Shown: one piece after another, positions 53,150-64,000 of the stretch
Numbering within the stretch: position 1 is the stretch's first letter
Layout: each line of letters opens with the position of its first letter
From: Mobula hypostoma
Lineage: Eukaryota
Assembly: GCF_963921235.1 (NCBI RefSeq)
Contig: NC_086097.1
Location: 130,326,001 to 130,390,000 of the forward strand
Direction of reading: 5' to 3'
Length of the DNA: 64,000 bases
Made by a program: the position numbers and the translations under genes
The notes under the pieces: generated by a model
The model's database searches: none
The model's input: the letters and a program-made list of their open reading frames with translations, nothing else
Told to the model about the DNA's origin: nothing

Positions 53150-53720
53150 GTAAGAGATTTGGATGTGGATCTAGGTGACATGATCAATAAGTTCACAGAG
53201 GACACCAAGGTTGACGGCCTTTTAGTCCACAAGGTGATATTGATATGTTAGTGAAATGGGCTGTGATAGGATAAACCATGAAGAGAAACGTCTGCAAGGG
53301 TATTGAGGAGCAGAGAGACCTTGGTGTGCAAGTCCAAAGGTCATTGAAGGTGATAGTGCATGTAAAAAATGTGGTTAAGAAGGCAAATGGGATATGGGAT
53401 ATTGCTCCTCATTAGTTGGGGCATTAAAATAAAACAGTGAGGTGATGCTCTAACTTTACACACTATTGATCAGACCTTAGTTGGAGTAATACAGACAGTT
53501 CTGGTCACCACATTATTGGAAGAATGTGATAGAAATGCCATGATAACGCCTGGGATGGTGCATTTCAGTTATGAGGAGGGTCTGTTCTCTCTGGAGCAGA
53601 AGAGGTTATGATTGAGATAATATTATGAGGCATAATAGATAGGATAGATCACAGGAAACCATTCCCAATATCAGAGGTAGATAAAACTAGAGGATATAGA
53701 TTTAGGATAAGGGATGAGAG
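53150..53720 (+). mobile_element. Old CR1 RT fragment
   Basis: Remnants INKFTEDTKV and QRDLGVQV; cagttctggtcaccacatta. Confidence 0.65.
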
Positions 53721-55779
53721 AGGTGGGCTGTGGGGGGTGGGAGGAATAAATGGCCAACTTCCATGGCCCTATAGCTCTGTTTTTCTGATATAATACCACT
53801 CGTATAAGATGTCTGTGTTAGCTAAACTCCGCAACAGAGTAAATTGCCTGTTGTTTTGCATGACCATATTTGGATCTTCAACTACTTTCTTTAGATGGGT
53901 AGCAGTGAGTTCCAATAACCCAAGCCAATATAAAGTAAGTTGCCATTGCATGTTGGAGACCATCCCTATTGTAAGCCTGAATTCTTTAGGCCACAATGTA
54001 ATGGACATTAATGGCTAAATTCACGGTTGGCTTGTGGAGATTTTAAGTGACGTCTGCCGCTTTACATCATCCACCTCATTAGCAGTTTATTTTCACACAT
54101 AAAATTGCAAGTGAACCACTGATTTTTCCAGATGTGATTATCTCAATAAATGTGCGCCAAGTCAAAGCAGTACCGCCTTCAACTGTCTCACTGCTTAGAA
54201 ATGTCATACCATCTTTGTCTTTAAGTACTTTGCCTTTCTACCTTATGTGAGAAGCTGGAACTTGAAACCATTCCCCTGGTTATAAAGCACTTTGGGGTGA
54301 CTGGTCATGGAAGAAATGGAGCTCTGATTTCACACAAAAGCATTTGTTATATAACCAGAATCTTGTTATATAATATATACATTTAAATATGAGTCCTCTG
54401 TATTAAACTGGATTTTTCAGAATCATGATTGAGACTTTGAATAAATGGATTTTAAAACATACCAGAATCCATTAAATCGATTCTACAACTTGATCTCACA
54501 GATTTTTTTTCTTGTGAAGTTGGAATTTAGACTGTTGCTTTTCTGTATGTAATAGAGTTACAAACCCATGTCATTGTGCCAAACTTATATAAAATTGCAG
54601 CAGGGCTATTGTGTCCAATTCTGAATAGTATACTTCAGTAAGGGCATAAGAATTGGAGAGGGGACAGAAGAGATCTACTCGAATGAATGGCAGCAGACTG
54701 GTGAAAATGGAGTTCCCTTTACAGCAAGGGGTAAGAAATGATCAACTTTGACTATGGGTCTGCAAACTGGGTACAGATTTAACTATGACATTTGGAACAA
54801 AATATAATATATACTTGGAGGAAGCAATGCTATTATGGGTTAGCCAAAGAACTAGTATAGATTTATGGATTGGATGGCACAGTGCAATTCTTTGATTCAA
54901 GAATTTTTTTTCAATTATAGCTTGCAGTATGGGTTTAGACACAAAAAAAATTGCAATTCATGAGCTGTGAGTTCCTAATTATAGATTGAATTTATATAAA
55001 CTGAATGACAGCAGTATAGTGAGAAACTGCTTTCAAACCACAAGAAGCACTCTGCAATGGAAAATACATAAAACCCACTCGTGTCATAAAGCATGTCTTT
55101 ACCACAGGTGTTAGACTACCTTTCAAAGCAGTTACAACCTGAGTCTATTTTTATACCTACACAATCACAATCACAAAGGGAGTGCCCTTTTTACTAGATC
55201 CGTTGATGATAGTGCAGTCACTAACTGACACGTAGCAAAGGATTTGTAATCAGAGAAACAAACAACACTAAAAGAGTCACGAGATTCACGGATAGCATTG
55301 ATGTTACTGTCAGTTAGAATAAAGGAATAATTTTCCTAACTTTGATATCAATTTCTCTTCTTGAAAATCAAAATAAATTTAAGCACAGAATCAAAAGAGA
55401 TAGCAATCCATTAAATTTCTATTTGTTTTTAATCCAGCAAATCAATAAAGATAAAACAATACTGAATTACAACATAATGTTCACAAGATATTTCTTAATT
55501 AGATCCAGCAGGACAAACTCAATTTTGCTATCGATTATATAGCTGAAATTGTTTTAGAGACTGGGTTAACAGGAATGTTGATAAAGTGCCATTGCAAGGA
55601 TAAAAGAAATTATATACAGGGCATTTAATTTAGAGTACTCATGCTATTCTTTTCCATTATCTCAGAAACGAATTCAGTCTCCAAGCATTATTTCTGAATT
55701 TATGTTTGACCTTCAAATGGCAAACAGCAAAGTAGCTCAATAGTTACAAGCTATTCTGGCTTCCGCACCCTTCCTTTCT

Positions 55780-55814
55780 AGTCCTGATGAAGGGTCTTGG
55801 CCCAAAATGTTGAC
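55780..55814 (+). ncRNA. PLE-type minimal hammerhead motif, CpG-decayed
   Basis: agtc-ctgatga-agggtcttggccc-aaaa-tg-tt-gac; most differences from the window consensus are CpG transitions. Confidence 0.55.
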
Positions 55815-56166
55815 CGTTCATTTCCTTCTATGGATACTGCCTGACTTGCTGAGTTTCTCCAGCATTTTGTGTATGAAGTTCAAAGGTTAAATTACCCCAA
55901 AGGTAGGTTTAACATTGCAGGAATTTTCAAGAATTGCTTCTAAGAGACGTTAAATGCATGGTTAGCTTATTCTGACCATAGGAAAGGTAAACAAATGCCC
56001 TCTAAAATGGACCTTTTCAAGGTATGAGATTATGCATTTGGGAACAAGAAAAATACAAGAAAATATGCAATGAATGGCTGTAGAGGAATGGGGAATCCTT
56101 GAAATTCATGCCCAAAGAGAGCAGATAAGATTTCACTACATGCAATCTATTCAGTCATTGGTGCTA

Positions 56167-57410
56167 AGATTCAAGATTAAAGATTGTTTAATGTTATTTC
56201 CAGCATAGAAGTGTAAAGTAGAATGAAATAATTGTTACTCTGGATCCAATGCACCACAAAACAAAACACAATAATAAATATATAAGATAATATATAAGAT
56301 ATCCATAAATTGATTGTATGCCCATAAAGTGACACTACGCAGAGGAGTGTCTGTACGTAAGGTGACTCTGACAGGAAATGATAAAGTATTGGTGGTGGGT
56401 GGGTTTGTATGTGGAGGTGTTGATCAGCCTTATTGCTTGGGGAAAGTAAAGTAACTGTTTCTGAGTCTAGTAGTCCTGGCGTGGATGCTACATAGCCTTC
56501 TCCCTGAAGGAGCAGAACAACCAGTGCAAGAGCAGGGTAGATGCGATCCTTCATGATATTGGGGCCTTTTACTAGGACATTTATGTACATCTGTCCTTTA
56601 TGGTGGGTAGACTGGTTCCCAAGATGCATTGGGCAGTTTGGCCTACCCATGGCAGAGCCTTCCTATATGCTGCAGTGCAGTTTCCACACCATGCAGTGAT
56701 GCAGCTTGTTAGGATGCTCTCTACAGTGCATCTGTAGAATGGCATGAGTATAGATGTGCATAGTCCTGTTCTCTTTAGCCTCCTCAGAAAGTAGTGGCAT
56801 TGATAAGCTTTCTTGACGGTGTAGCATGTGTTCTGGAACCATGGAAGTTTGTGTTGGATGTGCACTCCCAGGAGTTGAATCTGCTTGCAGTTTCCACTGT
56901 TGTGCCACCAATGCAAAGACGGATGTGAGTGGTGCAAGTGATCCTGAAGCCAATAACCATCTCCTTTGTCTTGCTGACATTGAGGAGGAGGTGATTTGCC
57001 TGACACCAGGCCTCAAGCTCTTTTATTTCCTCTCCGTAGGCCGTCTGAATCATTTTGGTGATGAGCCCCACCACTGTCATGTCATGAGCGAACTTGCCAA
57101 TATTATTCCTCGAGTGTTTGGCCATGCACTCATGGGCAAGCAGAGAGTACAGCATTGGGCTCAGCTCACAGTCTTGGAGCACCCAAGTTGAAGATGATGG
57201 TGAGGGAGAAGTGGTTGTGCATCTGGACTATCTGAGGTCTCATAGGAAGTCTATCACCCAGTTGCACAGTAGTATATTTTGACCGAGGAGTAGGAGTTTG
57301 TTCACCAAGGTCTGTGGGGCAATAATGTTGAATGCTGAACTAAAATCTAGAAATAGCATTCTGATATAAATGTCCTTGTTTTCTAGTTGTTTCAGGGCTA
57401 GGTTCATGAC
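56167..57410 (-). mobile_element. Rex1/Babar-type LINE RT/3' fragment
   Basis: ORF 56784..57182 LSPMLYSL...IGKFAHDMTVVGLI...LNVSKTKEMVI; ORF 56581..57006 KKAYQCHYFLRRLKR...ESILTSCITAWCGNC. Confidence 0.88.
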
Positions 57411-58771
57411 ATAGGCTATGAAATCAAATCATTAAAAAGGGGTGACATAGAGTCAGAAGGAACGAAGGAACTGTAAGGGTAAAAAGACCCTGATGGAGGC
57501 TCAAACACTAATAAGGATGTGGCCTACAAATCACAACAGGAGATAGAAAATGCATGCCAAAAGGGCAATGTTAACAATAGTTATGGGGGACTTCAATATG
57601 CAGGTAGATTGGGAAATCAAGTTGGTGCTGGATTACAGGAGGGGGAATTTCTAGAGTGCCTACAAGATGGCTTTTTAGAGCAGCTCGTAGTTGAGCCCAC
57701 TGGAGGATCAGATATTCTGGGTTGAGTGTTGTGTAATAAACCAGAATTGATCAGAGAGCACAAGGTAAAAGAACTTATAGGGGACAATAATCATAATATG
57801 ATTGAATCCACCCTGAAATTTGAAAAGGGGAAGCTAAAGTCAGACGTATCAGTATTACAGTGGACTATAGGGAAGTACAGAGGCATGAAAGAGGAGTTGG
57901 CTAGAATTGATAGGAAAAGAACACTGGCAGGGATGATGGCAGAGCAGCAATGGCCGGAATTTCTGGAAGCAATTCAGAAGGTACAGATATATGCATTCCA
58001 AAAAGGAAGAGGTAGCCTAAAGGAAAGATGACACAATGGTGGCTAACAAGAGAAGTCAAAACCAACATAAAAGTCAAAGAGATGGTATATAATAGAGCAA
58101 AAAATCAGTGGAAAGTTAGAGGATTGGGAAGCTTTTAAAAACCAACAGAAGGCAAGTAAAAAATCATTAAAGAGGTAAAGATGAAATACAAAGATAAGCT
58201 AGTAAATAATACTAAAGAGAATACCAAAAGTTTCTTCAGATACATAAAATCTAAGAGAGAGCTGAGAGTGGATATCGGACCATTGCAAAATGATGCTGGA
58301 GAGGTGGTAATGGTAGACAATGAAATAGTGGACAAACTGAATAAGTATTTTGCATCAGTCTTCACTGTTAAAGACACTAGCAGTAAGGTGGAAGCTCCAG
58401 GTGTCAGGGGGTGTGAAGTGTGTGAATTTACCATAACTACAAAGAAGGTTCTTGGGAATCTGAAAGGTCTGAGGGTAGATAAGTCACCTGGACCGGATAA
58501 TGTACACCCCAGAGTTCTGAAAATGGTGGTTAAAGAGATTATGGAGGCATTATTAATGATCTTTCAAGAATCACTCAATTCTGGAATGAGTCCAGAAGAA
58601 TGGAAAATTGCAAATGTCACTTCACTCTTTAAGAAGGGAGAGTGGCAGGAAAAAGGAAACTATAGGCCAGTTAGTCTAACCTCAATAGCTGGGAAGATGT
58701 TGAAGTTGATTATTAAGGATGAGGTCTCAGAGAACTTGAAGTGACATGTTAAAATAGGCCATAGTCAGCAT

Positions 58772-59568
58772 CACACACAAAATGTTGGAGGGACTCAGTA
58801 GGCCAGGCAGCATCTAAGAAAAGAGTACAGTCGAAGTTTCGGGCCAAAACCCTTTGGCAGGACTGGAGATAAAAGCTGAGGAATAGATTTAAAAGGTGGG
58901 GGAGGGAAGAGAGAAACTCAAGGTGATAAGTGAAACCTGAAGGGGGAAGGATGAAGTAAAGAGCTGGGGATTTGATTGATGAAAGAGATAGAAGGCCATG
59001 GAAGAAAGAAAAGGGGGAGGAGCACCAGAAGGAGGCAATGGTCGGGTAAGGAGATAAGGTGAGAGAGAGAAAAAGGGATGGGAAATGGTGAAGGGTGGGT
59101 GAGGAGCATTACCAGAAGTTTGAGAAATCGATGTTCATGCCATCAGGTTGGAGGCCACCCAAACAGAATATAAGGTGTTGTTCCTCCAACCTAAGTATGG
59201 CCTCATCATGACAATGGAGGATGCCATGGATGGACATATTGGAACGTGAATGGGAAGTGGAATTAAAATGGGTGGCCACTGGGAGATCCTACTTTTTCTG
59301 GTGGACGGAACATAGGTGCTCGGCAAAGCGGTCTCCCAATCTATGTCGGGTCTCACCAATGTACAGCAGGCCACACCGGGAGCACCGAACACAACAGACT
59401 CACAGGTGAAGTGTTGCCTCACCTGGATGGACTGTTTAGGGACCCGAATGGTAGTGAGGGAGGAGGTGTAGGGGCAGGTGTAGCACTTGATCTGCCTGCA
59501 AGGAGAAGAAGTGGCAGGAGGGAGACCACCTCACCACCCACCCCCCACCAGCCTCCCACCACCAACTA
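58772..59568 (-). mobile_element. Penelope-like element 3' fragment with GIY-YIG endonuclease remnant
   Basis: Minus strand RQHFTCES.../CGLLYIGETRHRLGDRFAEHL...PVATHFN...LRLEEQHLIFCLGGLQPDGMNIDFSNF; flanks catagtcagca (58760-70) and catagacagca (59569-79). Confidence 0.9.
58828..58865 (-). ncRNA. PLE-type hammerhead motif with perfect stems and an altered core
   Basis: Minus strand cagtc-ctgccaa-agggttttggccc-gaaa-ct-tc-gactg. Confidence 0.55.
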
Positions 59569-60974
59569 CATAGACAGCAGGGTTTCTTCAGTGGAAAGTC
59601 TTGCCTGACAAATCGGTTGAAATTCTTTGAAGAAATAACAAGCAGGAAAGACAACGGAAAATCCGTTGATGTACTTGGATTTTCAGAAGCCCTTTGACAA
59701 GATGCCACACATGAGGCTGCTTAATAGGTTATGAGCCCACGGTATTTTTGAGGAAGTAGAGAAGCTGCAGAGGGATTTAGACAGATCATGAGAATCTGTC
59801 AAAGAAGGGCAAAGAAGTGGCAGGTGGAATAAAGTGTCCGGAAATATATATTGGTTATTGGTTGAAGAAATGAACGGGTTGACCATTGTCTAAATGGAGA
59901 AAAGATACCCAAAAATGTAGGTGCAAAAAGAACTTGCAGTCCTTGTGCAGGATTCCCTAAAGGTTAATTTGCAGGTTGAGTTTGTGGTGAGGAAGGCAAA
60001 TGCAATGTTAGCATTCATTTCAAGAGGACTAGGAAATAAAAACAAGGATGTAATGTTGAAACTTTATAAAGCACTGGTGAGGCCTCATTTGGAGTATTGT
60101 TAGCAGGTTTATCTTAAAAAGGATATGCTGAAACTGGAGAGGATTCAAAGGAAGTTCATGAAAATGATTCCAGATTGAATGGCTTGTCATATGAAGAGCA
60201 TTTGATGGCTCTGGGCTTGTATTCACTGGAATTCAGAAGAATGAGGGTTGATCTCATTGAAACCAATCAAATGGTGAAAGGCCTTGATAGAGTGGATGTG
60301 GAGAGGATGTTTCCTATGGACAGAGAGCCTAAGACCAGAGGACACAGCTTCAAGATAGAGGGGCAGCCTTTCAGAATGGAGATGAGGAGGAATTTCTTTA
60401 GTCAGAGATTGGTGAATCTGTGGAAATCTTTGCCTCGGGCAGCTGTAGAGGACAAGGCTTTATGCATATTTAAGGCGGAGGCTGATAGATTCTTGAGTAG
60501 TCAGGACATGAAGGGATACAGGGAGAAAGCAGGAGACTGGGGCTGAGAAGAATATTGGATCAGTCGTGATCAAATGGCCTAATTCTACCCTTTTATCATA
60601 AGGTCTTGTCTGTCGTAGACTGGTTCTGTTGGAAAGCTTATTGTTGGAGTTATGGTAATTGGAAATTTGAAGTCAGGCACACGGCACCTACCACTGGTCT
60701 TTAAAACAGCTGTTGATAGGGATATAACAATCCCCTTTCTGAAGTTTTCTGCTGTGAGGAATTCAGTCTAATGCATCTGTAGCATTCAGCCGCATCAAAC
60801 ACATCAAAGAGTTCCAAAGGAGGGCAAACCAAGAATCAAACAGCACAACTTTGAATTAACTTATTAAAGCAGTGAAATGCATGTAGAAACATATACATAT
60901 CACAAAGGAAGAATCTGAACTAACATCAAATAAGCTGGATGGGTCATAAAAAAGATCCACAAGGTGGTTACTGG

Positions 60975-61360
60975 ATTGGAGGGTTTGAGTTATATAAAGA
61001 AGCTGGGACTTTACTTGCTGGAGCATAGGAGACAGAGGGGTGACCTTATCAGACATATAAAATTATAAGACGTATAAAAAGGTGGATAGACACAGACTTT
61101 TTCCTAGGATAGTGAGTGGGCTAAAACTAGAAGGTACAGGCTTAAGGTCAGTAGGTTATAAAAGGGGGCTAAGTGGTGACTTTTACACATACAGCATGTG
61201 TGTATCTGGAACCTGTAGAAGTGGGTACAATTAAAATGTTTGAAAGGTAGTTGGACAGGTACATGGATACAAAAAGCTAGAGGTACAGGCCAAACACAGG
61301 CAAAATAGTCTAACTCATATAGACACTGTGGTCAGCACAGATGAGTTGGCTGCATTCACT
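60975..61360 (+). mobile_element. Old CR1 3' fragment
   Basis: Remnant LEHRRQRGDLIRHIKL and CR1 terminal block. Confidence 0.6.
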
Positions 61361-62999
61361 AAGAGCAGAAATTGTAAATAAGAGTACTTATGACCAACAT
61401 AAATGCTAATTTTGGCATGTTAACAAGGGATTAAAGGAAGTGTTATTTACTCAACTAAAACCAACACTATAGCCTGTTTGTACATTACAGACATTGCAGA
61501 ACTAACAATAGAAGAAATGCCAGTGTTTGTTATCATTACTCCTTACTGATTACTGATAATAACTTTCAGACCTCTGCATAAATAGTTAATATGGGAACCC
61601 CAAGTCCACTAATTCAATTCTCTATCGCAACCTTCATCATCAGAATGAAGGGGATTCACTGGAATTGATGTGAATTTTTGTTGGCTGTCTCCCAGCTGGG
61701 ATAGAATGACAATCTAGACCCAGTTTGAGATACATTAACTGGTCAGGGAAAGGGATTTATATAACACAAGAATAAAATCTGTAGTAGGCCAGGCAACTCT
61801 TCAAGCCTACACTGCAATTTCAGAACCACAATCAGGTTTAATATCACTGACATTTGTCGTGAAATTTGCTGTTTTGCAGCAGCAGTACACCGCAATAGAT
61901 AATAATAAAAAAATCTATACATTTCAGTAAGAAATATATATCAAAAAATTAACTGAGTATTACAAAAAGACAGCAAGTACCCACGGCTGTTACTGAGGAT
62001 TTTTGCTGTAGCAGTCCTAAACGAAAATCTGTGATAATTCCCATTGGAGCTGCATGCAAAGAGATGTCACTTGTAGGTGCCATCTTGAAGAATCAATTTA
62101 GTAAACACATGGCTGTTCTGGTGCTTCGTGTATTTTGCTATATCCCCATTTACTCAGTATCCAAAACAGCTGAGCAATCACAGACTTTTGGGAAAGAGAA
62201 TTCTGAAGATGTATACCCTTTCTGCAAAGACTTTTCTCCTCACCTTTCTTTCACAGTGTGGCGTGGTGACTATTGCTATTGCTACCATACATCCCAGGCT
62301 AGTCCATATTAGCTGACCTCTTTCCCTGTAGCTGTGTCCCTTAGTTATAGCACTCCAACATTTCAGCATTTACCCTTTTGAATTCACTCTGAATTTAGTA
62401 AGTCTAGTTGAGATACTTTATTATTCTTTCAGACTCCAGTGAGATTTAAACCATCTCACTCAATGTCTTCACATAGGGCAAGTCTTTCTTCCCAGAAAGC
62501 AATCAAGCAATTCTATACCATGTTCCAGCCAAGTATACCCTCATCGTAATAATGTCAAAATCAAATTTATTCAGAGGACAGAGTGCTATTATCTATTTGA
62601 TCAGGGTGGCCAGTCATATCCTCACTAACTCCTGAACCATCTGTGCTGCAAATACCGCAGGGGTGTATGGGGTGTCCAGGGAAGGGCAGCACCCCTGGAG
62701 AAGGGGCTTGTCGTGTCCATCCTGGGACAGCCCAAGTTCAAGTTTAGTTTATTGTTATATTGCTTATATTGTTTATTGTTATATTAGTTTAAATTTGTTA
62801 TATTGCTACTTTAATACTGGTTTTATGGCTGTCATGCATCTGAGTTGTGCTTTGGTACTGCTGGACATTGCTTGTACTGGCTGGTTACTTGACTTTATTT
62901 ATTGTTTGTTTATTTTATTTGTTGTTTTATAGCACTGAGTATGAGAGTTGCGAACTCATTTTTGCTGTATTGGTGCACGACAAATTGTACTATGCAATG

Positions 63000-64000
63000 A
63001 CAATAAAGATATTTCATTTCATATTGTCATGCAACCCGTACCTCTTACACATGTATACCACCAAATGAAACAAGGTGCACAACACAGCACCTATAACTTA
63101 CACACATACTGTAACACATTAAGTCATATCACCAAAAATAAATTTAAAAATAATAAAGTGCATATATTACAGAAGTTAAAAAGTAAACAGTATAATGGGA
63201 CTGCTGCTTCATACATGATGAGACCTGGTCGGCAGCAGGAAGTTCAGTAGTCTTATGCACTGGGGGATGAAGTTTTTTCCCCATCCTAACAGTCCTTGTC
63301 TTAATGTGATAGTACCTCCTGCTTGACGTAGGGGTTCAAAGAGATTGTTGGAAGGGCGGGAGGGATCACTGACAATGCCAAGGGCCCTGCATACACAGAG
63401 CACCTGATAAGTATCTCTGATGGGTGGAAGAGAGACCCCGATGATCCTTTGTCAGGACTTGTGGTCAGATCCCTTGCAATTGCCATACAGGAGGTGATGC
63501 AGCTTGTCAGGACACTCTCAATATTGCACCTGCAAAAACTGGTTAATGCTGGGGGGGCGGATGCGTGTGGGAACCTCGCTCTCCTTGATATCTTCAGTAA
63601 GTGGAAGCATTGCTGTACTTTCTTGACCAAAGAGGCGGTGTTGAGAGATCCGGTGAGATCTCCATTATGTGCACATCCAGGAACTTGGTGCTCCTAACTC
63701 TTTCCATGGAGGAGCCATACATGCGCCGTGAGGAATGGTCAGCCTGCACCTTCCTAAAGTCCACAATCAGCTCTTTGGTCTTGTCCACATCGACACTCAA
63801 GTTGTTGTTCTCCCACAGTTCTACCAGGAGTTCCATCTCCTCTCTGTAAGCTGTCTCGCTGTCATTATTGATGAGGCCCTCCACTGTTCTGTCATCAGCG
63901 AACTTGATGATTTAGTTTGATTGGATCTGGCAGTGCAGTTCTGGATCAGCAACAGGCTGAGCATGCAGCCCTGGGGAGCGTGATGGAGCTAGAGATGTTT
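63000..64000 (-). mobile_element. Rex1/Babar-type LINE RT/3' fragment (runs off the window)
   Basis: KFADDRTVEGLINNDSETAYREE...DKTKELIVDFRK...KFLDVHI; KKVQQCFHLL...ESVLTSCITS. Confidence 0.88.

Larger units (their letters stand above)
57420..60605 (+). mobile_element. CR1 LINE, interrupted by a PLE
   Basis: ORF 58181..58744 KSFFRYIK...KSPGPDNVHPRVLK...WKIANVTSLFKKG...GNYRPVSLTS; ORFs 59921..60103 and 60175..60546. Confidence 0.92.
27926..64000 (-). other. NFATC1: Probable last intron of NFATC1 (runs out of the window)
   Basis: Lies upstream of the terminal-exon acceptor. I found no exon ending in LDQLYLDD in the window. Confidence 0.65.

Noticed and set aside
54050..54090. Minus-strand ...GAG GTG GAT GAT G(TA) as the end of the NFATC1 penultimate exon
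   Set aside because: It encodes EVDD rather than LDQLYLDD, has no Pro/Ser-rich open frame upstream, and the donor phase does not fit.
62645..62730. GC-rich segment resembling an RTE 5' end with an HDV-like ribozyme
   Set aside because: I could not assign the P1-P4 nested pseudoknot by eye; the fragment is too short.

Overview
Vertebrate genomic DNA. The repeat families suggest a cartilaginous fish, probably a ray (inference). The only host coding sequence I can support is the short last coding exon of NFATC1 on the minus strand (27870-27925, [V]NEIIRNDLSSASVHGHS*), which is too short for the ORF track. Downstream of it in transcript direction is a ~3.1 kb repeat-free putative 3' UTR (to ~24770) with AATAAA signals and miR-124 seed sites. 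Positions 27926-64000 are probably the long last intron and 1-24700 the downstream flank. Most of the rest is decayed mobile DNA: CR1 and Rex1/Babar LINEs, Penelope-like elements (PLEs) with minimal hammerhead motifs, one HERO-like and one R4/Dong-like REL retrotransposon fragment, an RTE-related element, Tc1 and hAT derivatives, a solo LTR and SINEs. The most notable observations are: (1) all hammerhead core segments in an unusual pseudoknotted order in the HERO-like 3' UTR (18829-18892); (2) a family of PLE type-I hammerhead motifs; (3) an NF-kB/AP-1/NFAT:AP-1 motif cluster in the NFATC1 intron (39860-40290). Repeat boundaries without target-site duplications (TSDs) are approximate, and family names come from motif recognition rather than database searches.
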